The notes under the pieces were generated by a model. The model saw only the letters and a list, made by a program, of their open reading frames with translations. It did no database searches and had not been told where the DNA came from. From contig CM074804.1 in the NCBI GenBank assembly GCA_037447605.1, positions 1,178,001 through 1,242,000 of the forward strand: a stretch of DNA of 64,000 nt. The letters are read 5' to 3'. Positions 35,993 through 47,498 of this stretch are shown piece after piece (the first letter of the stretch is position 1; each line of letters begins with the position of its first letter). The stretch is from Zygnema circumcarinatum SAG 698-1b. Lineage: Eukaryota > Plantae > Zygnematophyceae. Position numbers and translations under genes: made by a program.

Positions 35993-38900
35993 TCATCGCG
36001 ACACTGCATGGCCGAGACCCCAGTAGTCTAATGCCAGCAAACCAGCCCCCTGTTCATCCACTCCCCCTGCTATTCCGCCTGCCAAGTCGTCATATTCCGA
36101 AGCCATGCCCACATTGGAGGGTGGGAGCAGAACCCCCCCCAGCGCCATTAGCCGCTGGTCGACTCGCTGCATGTCCTCCTCGGCAGCATCCGGAGCCATT
36201 TGGCGGAGGGGAGACATGGGGTTAGCAGGGGTATTAGGTACCATTCGGGAGGAAAAAAGCGACCCATAGTCTGCGATTCCCATCATGGACCCTGCACCTG
36301 GCCCGCTATGAGGACCAGGACCATTCCCTCCGTTGCTGCCTGCTTCAACCGCAGAATTGCCTGGATTACCTCCCCCTCCTAAATACCCTCCTCCTGGCCC
36401 ACCTCCCCCTGTGCCGTGCCCCCCACTGCTCTCAGCCCATGGCAGAAAACCTTCACCTCCTCGGCTATGGCTATCCACATTGGGCACTCGGCTGTTCCCC
36501 GGCTGCTGCTGCCGCTGCTGTGTCTGCTGATGTTGCTGATGGTGTTGTGAATGCTGCTGCTGCTGCTGATGATGTTGCTGCTGCTGTTGGTAATGCTGCT
36601 GTTGCTGATGCTGCTGTTGCTGATGATGTTGCTGTTGCTGCTGATGATGTTGTTGCTGTTGATGATGTTGCCGCTGTTCATCTGAGCTGTTCCCTGGTTT
36701 CATCCCATCTTCCAACAGTTCTCCTCGTTGCACCAACTGCTGTCCGAGCTGAGTTTGCAGCATCATAAGCTGCGCTGCCTGCTGAGCTTGCCCCCACAAA
36801 TCCTGCTGACTCCCCTGCCCTGCTTGACCTCCTGCTGCATCTACCACCATCCTGGGGATGCCCACATTCGGCCATACAGGGGCCAACACCGGCCCCCCCA
36901 TATTTGACGGACGCGCAAGATTAAGAGGCCAATTCAATGCCTGCAAATTTGCCAAGGAAAGCTGCGCAATAGGCCATGTAGCAGGAGCTAATCCGAGGTT
37001 CCATGCCGGCCGTTGCGGCACAGTTTGCTGTTCCTGCGTCTGACTTTGCAGAGCCGTTCCTTGCTGTGCTGCAGCAGCTGAAGACAGTCCACTCCCTCCG
37101 ACGGGTCCCCTCTCTACCCCCGGCGATCCATGGCTGCCGATGACACCCGGCGCTGCTCCTGCCATGGCTGCATTTGCAAGAAGGAGAGGAAGCGGAGGGA
37201 GAAGGGAGATGCTGCTCTGCGAGTTCTGAACTGCAGTTGAGGGTGCTCCTCCTGCGGCTGATGCAGGGCCTCCCTCAGGCATTCCAAGAGGCATTAAAGG
37301 TAGAGTGGCTTGGGCAGGCGGGAGGTTTCTCCCTTCCTGCCACGTTCCCTTAGCCGATCGGCTCTTGCTGAAGGAGGGATTCGCACGTAGATCTATTGTT
37401 GGCATAATTGCAGAGGATGAAGGGATAGAGGCTTGCTGAGGGGAGGAAAGGGTGAGGACAGGAAGGGAGGCCTTTTGTAGGGGGGACTCCGCTTCAGGGG
37501 AGGAGGGAGGAGAAATTTGCTGCGCTCCTGCTCCCCCATGAGCTCCTGCAGGCTGACCTGCAGGGGCTCCATCTGCTGAGGGGGGAAGGCCCGGTAAAAA
37601 CATGCCCATATTTCCCTGCAACCTGCAAGAATAGAAGCACGTTTTGCGTTTTTCCGGCTTTAAAGGTATACCAAAAGACCTTTACTGGCCCCCTGCACTC
37701 TGCCCCTCCCTTCTTGTCGAAAACACGTTCCATCCCTCAAAAAAAGCGATCCCCCAAAACAAAACAGACAAGAAAAACAGCAGAAAAGGTACCTGTCCGG
37801 GAAATTCAAATACGCTTTACTCCCGCGCAGACGGTACGCTGCAACATCGTACGCTTCTGCTGCATCCTCCGCATGATCGAAAGTCCCCAGCCATATCCGG
37901 CTCCTTTTCCCCGGCTCTCTTATCTCCGAAACCCACTTTCCCCATTTCCGCAGTCTCACCCCCTTATATCTTTTGGCGCGCGTCGTTCCTGCCAAGGGGT
38001 CTACTCCCGTAGTCTGCGCTACTATCGCAGAGCCCCTCTTTCCCGCCTCCTCACTACTCCCTCCTCCACCACCTGCTCCTCCTCCTCCTTGCATAGTCGC
38101 GGATCTCTCCCTCTCTTGCACTGCTCCCCCCCCTTCAGCCATGGCTTCCGCTTTACTCCTTCCCCCCCCTAGACCCTCCCCTCCCTCTCCATTTCCTCCT
38201 CCGTACCCATCCCCTCCGTACCTCGCTCCCCCTCCCTTCTCCGACGCTCCCTCTCCCTCCTTCCCCCCATATCCTCCTATCATTCCAAAAGGGAGCGAGG
38301 TGGGCGAATGCGCAGCCTCCTGCCCGCCGTTTTGATGGTTGGCAAGGCCCTGTGAACCCCATGGATGAGCTCCATCGGCGCCTTCCTGGATGTTTCTGAG
38401 TCCTCCTTGAGCACCCGCCATGGGGCCAAATAGGGGCCGAGCGACGTCCATAAACTCTCCCGCATCCTCTCCATCCTCCCCCTCCTCTCCCTCCCCGTCT
38501 CCTTCCTCATCTCCCTCTCCGTCTACCTCTCCCTCTCCCTCTCCCTCTCCCTCTCCCTCTCCTCCTCCCTCCCCATCTCCCTCTCCCTCTCCTTCTCTCT
38601 CCTCGTCTGAGTCTGCAGGGCGCGATCTTTTTAAGAGGAGAAGCTCCACCGCCGTTACGTTCACTCCATCCACCTCGTCTACATGTCGCTTTCGAGGTTC
38701 CGTTCCGTCGTTCCCGCCGCTTCGCTGCTCCTCCTTCTGCCACGCTGGGGCGCGCTGCGGCTTCTCCCACTGCGACTGCCACTCCGCCCCGCCCTCGTCT
38801 CCCATTTTCCGCTCCCTCCTGCCATCGCTCTTCCCAGCATCTCCCTCTTCCTCTCCCTCTCCCTCGTCCTCCCCTTCCCCCTCTCCCTCTTCTCCCTCTC

Positions 38901-38997
38901 CCTCCCCATCCTCCCTCTCCTCCCTATCCTCCGCCTCCCTCTCCGGAAACAACATCTGCGCCCGCCCACCCTTGCCCCCCTCCCCTCCCTCCCCCAT
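35993..38997 (-). CDS. AP2/ERF transcription factor, DREB-type, ~944 aa with acidic/Gly-rich N-terminus and poly-Q/H C-terminus; 2 exons (start uncertain)
   Basis: AP2 domain [58 protein letters not shown], with V14/E19 as in DREB. Intron 37792-37623 joins in phase to ORF 37621-35993. Confidence 0.9.
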
Positions 38998-39082
38998 CCC
39001 ACCCTCAGCACGTCCCCCTCTTCCCGCCACGCGTCCCTCCCTCCCTCACCTCTTCCGCCCCTACTCCCTCCCCTCCTCCCCT

Positions 39083-39229
39083 GCCACGTGGCCTCCTCCC
39101 CCGCCGCCACGTGGCGCGCAGCCCCCTCTCCCGCGCCACCTGGCGCCGCCGTTAGGGTTGCGCGCTCGCCCGCCGCCGACAGAACCGACTCGCGCGAGTC
39201 GGCGGCCGGCAAGCGGAGGGCCACGTGGC
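39083..39229. promoter_or_regulatory. Proximal promoter of the AP2 gene: three GCCACGTGGC palindromes plus an 18-bp palindrome carrying DRE cores
   Basis: GCCACGTGGC at 39083, 39106 and 39220; CCGACTCGCGCGAGTCGG at 39185-39202. Confidence 0.65.
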
Positions 39230-39834
39230 GCGCGATCCGGAAAGCCCTGGACGATCGACGGCTGGGAAGCGCCGGTGGAGACGATAGGGGGCGGCCGCTT
39301 GGGCGCTTGCGGGACTTTGGAGCCGCGGGGCGGCGCAGATTGGGTGATGGAGCCGTACGGTACGGCGGGGCGGGGAGTGGCTGGGAGGCCTGCAGGGGCC
39401 GTCGCGGGGCCGCTCTAGCACAACAACGTTGTGGGAACAATGTCAACAACAACAACATGGGAGGTGTGTGGGTGCTGCAGTTGAGCAGGCGGGCGCATGG
39501 ATGGATTGAACGGATGCATGCATGAATGCACTATGGTTGGGAATTTGCGACATGCATGCATGCCTGTATGTATCGCTGCTTTTGCGCAATAAAGCATGCG
39601 CCATTCGGTTGTGAAATAGGCAGAAGTGTAAGACGTGGGGTCGACATTCTCGAGCGAGGTTTGACAATGTACCATTGTGGGGTTTCTCCTGTGAAAGTTA
39701 GATCAACGATTTCATGCAAGAATACATGAAAATATTGGTAAATGTGCCGAGTTTGTCATACACAAAGCTTATTGGATGCGGTCGACATTTTTAACTTTCA
39801 TGTGTCGATCGATAAGTCTTGTTCTCTTGCACTC

Positions 39835-42800
39835 TTATTTCCTAACCGACGACTGTTTAAACTTTAATGCAACGAAGAAGAGGATACGAAAGACCACATA
39901 GAAGCTGACCATGACGCATGAATTGACCACCATGTTCACGTTGCCTGCATGGATGCTTTGCAGCACTTGCACGCTATCCAGTGCACACGTGCCGTCAGCG
40001 TTCCGCGTCCAACACACGTTTGGAAGGCGGCTGAACTCGTTGTGCTCGAGCATCTCCAGGGGGTACTTGAAGGTGGAGAGGTAGTGCATCCATATCCAAT
40101 AGTCCGGAATTCGGTTCCTGCGAGTTTCACAACGTTCACGCATTGCATCATCAATTCCTGTCAGGGGTGGAAAAGTTCGTGTGTTGGAAGAGACCGGAAA
40201 AAAGGGCATGCAGTGAGGGAGAGGGAGCTTTGCAGCCCATTACCGTGGCAGAAAGAATCCGCAGAAGAGGAAGAAGTAGCCGCTGCATGACAATGCGACG
40301 GTGTTTCCGGAGAGGAAGTTTGGGGCGAGGGCTGCGACGAGGCTGACAAAGGCATTCCCGACGCAGTGCGCGAGGAACACGGTGAGCACAAACACGAGGA
40401 AGCCGTTGGCGTCGTGGACGAGTCCCACCATGAAGTAGGCGATGGCCGAGAGCAGCACCGACAGCCAAAGGAGGAAGGGGAGGAACGCCGTCGCATTCGC
40501 CAGCACGTACGTCACCGTCCGATAGGCTCCGCGGGAGCTTTCTCGGCGGTAGATTTGGCGCTCGTTGATCAATATGGGCAGCGCTTCCGTGGAGGCGAAA
40601 TAGATGAGGGCGATCATGAAGGCGAAGAAGGCGATGCGCTCTTGAACGCCCTTTGCCGTCAAACCTACGTTCCAAAATACAGTACCGACGACTAACGACA
40701 TGACTACCTGCACCCACAAGGCCAGAACAGCTGTATATTATGATACTCAATGTTTTTCTGAGAGATTTGAACTTTCATCAGATAAACATGAATAGGGAAG
40801 TCCAGCGTAAGTGCTGAAAATTATGAAATAGGGTCGCTTGGTCCTCGGTTGGATGAAGAGTTCGAGTCAAGACTCACCACAAGAACCACGCGGGATACAA
40901 ACAGCTGCTTGGTTCTGAAAATGCACTTGAGGTCCCGATCGACCAATATCATATACTCCACAAAAAAGTTGTTTGCGAATGTCCTCTCCACATCGCTTTG
41001 GTTGCTGAGTGGTGCAACATTCTCATCATCATGCGCGTCTCCTGCCTTTAGCTCCTGCGATTGAATAAATTTACAGTCTTTTTAAGGCTTTTACGAAGTC
41101 CAAGGCTAAAGGTTTCCGTAAAAAATGGAAAAACAAAGAAAAACAAGAAACCTGAGAGAGAGGGTGAGGGAGGGGCTAGTGAATGAAGGGGCATGAACAG
41201 ACCGCAAATGCAAGAAGAGGTGCGATGCCCTCCTGGCTTTCCTGCAGCTCCTTGATGAGGTCCAAAGTAAACTCCATCACATTCACCTGCAACAATTATT
41301 ATTAATTTTTTTTAGCAGCCGACTATCGAGCTCGTCCATAATCCAATAACATTTATTTGCCATTTTCCTTCACTACTGATCGTTTTCCTGTCCCTAGTGC
41401 CACTGAATCCTGACTAACTTAGAGTTAGCCCGTAACATAGGTAAAGCTTCCAATGAAATTGAGAAAAGAAAGTCTTTACGTGCTCTGGCACGGTTCTCCC
41501 GAACTCGCGGAAGTAAGGAACGATGTCCGCATATGGCCCGTGATAGACGGCGTTCCCTCTTGTGAGGATGAGGTAGTTGTGAATGAGGTTGAGGATGCGG
41601 AAGGAGGGCTGGTGAATGGTGAGGATGATGGTCCGCCGCCGCTGCTCCGCAATGTCATGAAGGGTCTGGACCACATTCAGGGCTGCGGCACAGCAAGGAC
41701 ATCTTGGGGCTTTAGAACCTTGAAGTGCGCAAGCCTTATAGTGTGCGAGTATTTCTGAAAATTTATGGATTTCTGTATCGTATTAAGTGTCTTTACGTTC
41801 TCGCTTTTCATATGCCTTTGAAGTTTAGTGTCTTATATAGAGAGAAGACCCGAAGTACTCCTGATTACGTTCTGAGGAGACGCTATCTTTCACTTACCCG
41901 AGGTGGAGTCCAAGCCAGATGTTGGCTCGTCGAGGAACAAAACCGCCGGGTCGTGAATTAGGTCGACTCCAATGGACACGCGACGACGCTCTCCGCCAGA
42001 CACCCCTCGTATCTACAGGCACGCAAGTGTACATTTGTACTCATAGAGTTTGAATAGAAGCTGCATAGGAAATACCTAAGGAAGCCTATGCCTTCCCACG
42101 CATTCACTTTTCCGCTTTCGATTTCGCCCACCCACATCTCCCTTTGCCAAAACCCACAGCGCTAAAAGCAAAATACTGAAAGCGTACCTCACGATTTCCG
42201 ATGATTGTTCGAGCACAACTCTGGAGGCCGAGCTCCTCAAGCAGCATCTCCACACGGGCTTGCTTCTCGTTTTTGGTCATAGTGCTCGGAAGTCGGAGAC
42301 GAGCGCTGAACATGAGAGTCTCATACACGCTGAGTGAGGGGAACAATGCGTCATCTTGCATGACATAACCGGAAACGCGCTTGAAGGATGAATCCATGGG
42401 CATGCCGTTCACTAGAATGCTTCCCTGCCAGATTTACAAAGGATTCATGCCGCAAAGTATCACTCATTTTGCCGATACCTTCACCGTGGCTTACATATGA
42501 GAGTTCGAAGACTTAGTTTTAAATGGAAGTACGTTCAATGCAGTAAGAAACTCAAGAGTACTTTTCCTTTGGAAGATAGATGGAGGCTTACTTGCAAGCT
42601 GCGGGGCTTAATCTGACCTCCCACAGCATCCAAAAAGGTGGACTTTCCTGCTCCCGTGCAAACCCTCAGCTGCTAGAAGGACGACGCACGCAATGATATG
42701 CAACAGCAACTCTCAACCCAATTTAATGCCTTAGCGTTAGCGACGAGGAGTAAAACTTATGAATTTTAAAATAGAAATATGGTTAACCTTAATTATCAGA

Positions 42801-43347
42801 GGGATTAGTAAATAAATCATAATTCTTTTTGCTTCTTGGGGGTGGAAAGGTGCGGGAGTGGGTGAGGGGGCCGGGAGGCGCTGCTCACCTGCTCCAGATG
42901 GGCCCACGACCGCCATGATCTCGCCAGCGCGAGCGAATGCGTTGATGTTGTTGAGGAGTCGTTTCTGCGAAACTGTGCCGTTCTTGTTGCGGATCGACAC
43001 CTGATGCAAGTAATCACAAGCGAAGCTGAAATCATCATATGGCACGTGAAAGGCGAGAGGGAGAGAGAGGAGGGGAGAGGGGGGGAACGAGAATGAAAAT
43101 AGAAGGAGAGCAAGGGATATAGTGGGGGAGGGCGAGAGGGAGAGGGAGGGAGGGAGGGAGGAGAGAGGGAGACAGAGAAGGATAGGGAGAGTGAAAGATC
43201 AGTCACGCCAACACATACCTCATAACGGAGCCTGCGGATTTCAAGATCGAAGGTTTGTGAGGATCCTCCTTTGAAGTGCTGTTTGGGTGGATCAACATAT
43301 CCTTCATGTTCCGCTGATGCAAGCTCTATATCGTACAGCTGGGCCAT
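39835..43347 (-). CDS. ABCG: ABC transporter G family half-transporter, paralog 2; 10 exons
   Basis: [12 protein letters not shown]|VSIRN..GPSGA(G)|[13 protein letters not shown]|GSILVNG..YVMQDD..IGNRE|[38 protein letters not shown]|ALNVVQ..TIHQP..VPEH|VNVMEF..|..FANNFFVEY..|..[19 protein letters not shown]|[17 protein letters not shown]. Confidence 0.95.
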
Positions 43348-44879
43348 GCCTTATCCTCACTCACTTTCTCTTCAAATTGCTCAATGGGTAGTCTAATTCT
43401 CCAAAATATATCTAAATTTTACAGATTTCAGCTAATTACAAACCAAATTTCTATTCACGCCGCGCGTATATACAAAGATAGCGTAGATACAATGATAGCT
43501 CATAACCCCCCATTGAGTTCTGACGTCTTCATTCCTAGGTTTCCAAACAGAACGAGGAACAATTCCCACCATTGGAGAGGCCCAGAAGGAGCGTATTGAG
43601 GTGAAGAGGGAGCGAGAGTGAGTGAGAGGGAGAGAGATAGGACGCACACGCCGCGCCCCTCGCGACCAGTGAGGGAGGGAGGGAGGGAGCGAGGGAGGGC
43701 GCGGCGCGAGCCGTCGTGAGGCGTCACCGTCCGTCCGCGACCTGTCCCCGCCGGTCACTGCGCGCCGTCGGGCCGTCGGAATGGACGCCGCCGCCGACGG
43801 CCGTCACCGGTCAGGGAACGCCCGGGACACGCTGCGCGGTTTAACGGCGAGCGTCTAACTTCGCTAGATAGCGGTGTGGAACTGTACCTGCGGCATGTGT
43901 CGTGTCGCATGGCACCTGAACATCTCCCGCCGAGTGAAGCAGGTTCAGAACTGCGGCGTGGCGAGCGTGTTCTATGTCATGTGCAGTTTGTAAAATTCGA
44001 CATGAAATTTATTTCCTTCTTACTATAAAAATTCGATACAATAACGGCAACAGACACGGAACTGGTATTGAGTTTTGACCATAGATTCATGCGACAGGAT
44101 GCGTACGTGCCTCGTATGCGCTTGCTGACGTCATCCTCTTTGCCACTTGAATATTCTTGACACTCGTTGACGCGTGTTGAGAACTTGAGAACTTGAGTAT
44201 AGTTGACCCATCGTTGACCATGATTGACGTGTAATTTGGACTGTAGCAGCTGCGTTTTGCAGTTCCATGCTGTACACGCAACCGCAGAGTGCAGTTCCGA
44301 CCAACGGTCTGTCTGACTTGTTCTGTGCTAGCCACCACTGTCCCCCTCAACGGAACCAGCAGCATGCGGCGCTTTTGACCGTCGTTGACCGTCGCGCCCC
44401 ACGCAGCGCGGCGGTTCCCAACCTCCGGCCTCGCGCCAGCGGGCGCCAGCGCGGCCCAGCTGGCGGCCTTCCTGGCGCCCCTTCCGGGCCGCCTCCGCCG
44501 TCCGATCATACAATCGGACGGTCCGGAGCGTGTCAGGCCCTGCCCGCGGCGGCCGGGAAGGCGCGCAGGCCCTTTTCTTCGAGGCCAGGTTTGAGGGCGC
44601 GCAGAGCCGCCCCACGTGCGCGGGGTGGATGCGATTGGAGGTCTCATCCGACGCACGTGCGGCAGTGGCGGCCCATTGGGCGGGCGTAGGACAGTGGCAG
44701 GAGGGCGGGACGGGCGGGCGTGGCAGCGGCGCGCCCGCCTGCGGGGGCGCGGCACGCGGCCACGCGGCGCGCGGAGGGGCGGGCGGAGGGGGAGGGAGGG
44801 AGGGCTTCAAGGGAGGGAAGGAGAGGGAGGGAGTTGAGAGAGAGGGGGAGGGAGAGGAAGGCGGAGGCAAGGTGAGAGG

Positions 44880-45620
44880 CTGTACGGTTATGGGGGGTGG
44901 TAGGAAGGGAGGGCGGGGAGGGAGGGGAGAGAGGACGGAGGAAGGGAGGGAGAGGGGAGCGAGGGAGGGATTTGGAGGGGGGAGTGGAGGGAGAAGAGGA
45001 GAGGGGGGAGGGGGAGAGCGTGTGGGAGGGATATAGAGATAGAAGGAAGGTGAGAGGGAGAGAGAGAGAGAGGGAAGGTGAGAGGGAGGTAAAGGAAGCG
45101 GGCGAGGAGCGGAAACAGGGGGAGGGAGGATTATGGAAGGGGGGAGGAGGGACGTAGGAACGGGAGGGGGGTATTGGCAGTGGAGCTACATCAGCGGGGA
45201 AGGGAGAGGGAGGAGTGAGAGAAAGGCGAGAGTGGGGGAGGGGAGGGAGAGCGAGAGTGGAGAAGGGGGAGCGAGAATGGAAAAGGGAGAGGAGGGAGGA
45301 GTTTTGGGAATGGGAGGAAGGGAATGAATGGAAAAGGGGAGTGTAGAAGGGCGAGGCTGCAAGGGAGTTGGGGAGAGGCATGTCCTCATAGTGGTGAACA
45401 GAGATAGTGATCGGGAGCGACGATGTGTGGGTGACAGTGAGAGACGGCGAGAGTGAAAGGGAGAGGGAGAGGGAGGAAGATGGGAAGAGGGAAAGTTAGG
45501 GAGGTGGCGAATGGGAAAGGGAGGGAGATTGGTAGTTGGAGATGGAGAGCGATGGGGAGAGGTAGGGGGCAAGTGATGGGGAGGTGGAGGGGGAGAGAGT
45601 CTGGTCAGTGTAGGCTGTAT
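44880..45620 (+). repeat. Long intergenic polypurine (G/A) tract
   Basis: ~740 bp almost entirely G/A on the + strand. Confidence 0.85.
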
Positions 45621-46028
45621 GGAATGCGACATCTGAAAACTCTCTCTTCTTCCTCCCTTTTGAATGCAGGCGCTTAATTCTAATCATTTAAAGGGCCTCA
45701 AAACCGTCTGAGGGTGCAGACCCTGATTTCGTATCGGATCGCGTCCTACACTTTCTGGTCCCCTTCTTAAAACTTTTTTTTAGTCACTTTGACGTTATTG
45801 GATGACAACCCGTGGGTGGATTCGCCTTCTTGTGACGGCCCAATGGGAGCACACTGTCTGTGGCGGCGAAACCGCGGAAAATATTTCCACGACGGGGGGG
45901 ACGCGTGGGCTCGGACTCGGCTCCCTCCGTTAAAGGAAAAGCAAACGTTTTTGGGTCTAACGTAGATATTATTCTTCTCCGACAAGCATCACCTGGTTGC
46001 AGACTTTAGGTCGTCAGGTTTTTAGAGC

Positions 46029-47498
46029 ATGGAGGTGGTAGAGAGGCGGGAGAACGCCTTGTTTTCCCGGGGCAGGTGGATTCTAGGGCAGGTTTTCAAT
46101 TCCAAAAACTTTTTTGCATTTGGGCTGATTCCCGACTCCGGCAGCCCTGAGGATCATTCTCCCCAAAAGGGGCTTTGGATCTCTCTGGTATCTCTATGGA
46201 CCATTCCGTTCCGTGAAGCCCCGCCAACTGAAGCCGTTAATATCCCATGGAGACAGCAGGTGCCTCCCCGCGAGCCTTGTCATCTAGTGGAGCTCCTTGA
46301 CCAGGGCTGGTTTGAAAAAAATGTTTTGGCTAACCGACGCCGCCGACTACCGCCTCCTCCCGCAGTGAAAGTGGAAGAAGTGCAGGGCCTTCTGCAGCGG
46401 AATAGCAGCAATAACAAAACTAGCAATAACGGGAATGGCAGCCTTTGCAACGGCGGGTACAATGGGGATAGAAGGATGAGGGCCTCCAGTCCGGAAGAGA
46501 TCGTGTGCGACGCAGAGAACACCAGTTTCCGTGGCAGGCAACGGTGCGGAACGCGGTCACATGGAAGGCGGAGCTCCAGCGTTGACGCGGTACGGCTCGC
46601 ACGTCTCCGGGAGGAGGGGGGGGACGATGGCTGGGCGGCTGCTGACGTGGCAATCGGGAGATCTGCATCGACAGGTGGCACGCAGGCGCAGTTTCGACCT
46701 CAACTTCGCTGCAGAAGTCTTACAGGTCCGGCCGCTCTCTCTCTCTCCCTTTCATTTTCCCCCTCTCTGTTCTCTCGTTATTTGTCCCCTCTCCATCTGT
46801 CTGTCTCACACGTACTCCCTCTCCCCAGTTCTCCTCTCCTACTCCCTCCCTCCCTCCCGCATTCCCCCGTTCCTCCCTATCCGTCTGCCTTCTGCTCTCT
46901 GTGCGCTCCCTCCCTCTGCCTCTATCTTTCCCTCTAGTACATTACTTTCTCCAAATCTCCCTGTTTCTCGTGATAACCATCTTATGGATGTTTTGGTGGC
47001 GGGGGAGTAGACATGGACATGGAGGAGCTGCAGGGCTTCATGGACTTGGGGTACATTTTCCCGCTGGAGGAGACTAGCCCTCAGATAGCAGCTGCTCTGC
47101 CCGCCCTCACTCTCTACCACGCGGTAGAGTGTGTGCAGAACCGCCTCCTATCCAATAAGATGCCGCCAGGTGGCAAGCATCCGCATCACCAGCAGCCTTA
47201 CTTTGGCTCCTCCTCTCCTCTCGGGTCCGTTGCAGAAGGACGGGTGAGTGCCTATGTTGTCATGCCCCTTGTGGTGATGTTGAGGGTGATGTTCAGAGAG
47301 TGATGTTCAGACTTGAGAGTGATGTTGAGGGTGATGACGTGACACGTGTCACTTGATGTTGTGCAGGCTCGGCCGCTTGAGACGTCCCCTTCGGAGCCAT
47401 GGATGCTGCCCACACTGGACGACCATCCGGCCAATGTCAAGATGCACCTCAGGGTATGGGCGCGGACGGTGGCCAGCACCGTGCGACAGGCCTGTTAA
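46029..47498 (+). CDS. DUF1685-family protein (5' exon structure uncertain)
   Basis: ELLDQGWFEKNV..RCRSLT|DMDMEELQGFMDLGYIF..LPALTLYHAV..|..WMLPTLDDHPANVKMHLRVWARTVASTVRQAC*, matching the DUF1685 pattern (RSLTDxDLEELKGxxDLG..; DxPxxVKxxLKxWAQAVA). Confidence 0.85.

Noticed and set aside
38420-39525. Long + strand ORFs of 280-332 aa
   Set aside because: Antisense shadows of the GA-rich AP2 exon 1 and its GC-rich promoter.
44087-45381. Overlapping 140-245 aa ORFs on both strands
   Set aside because: GC-rich promoter DNA and a polypurine tract with few stops; no domain.
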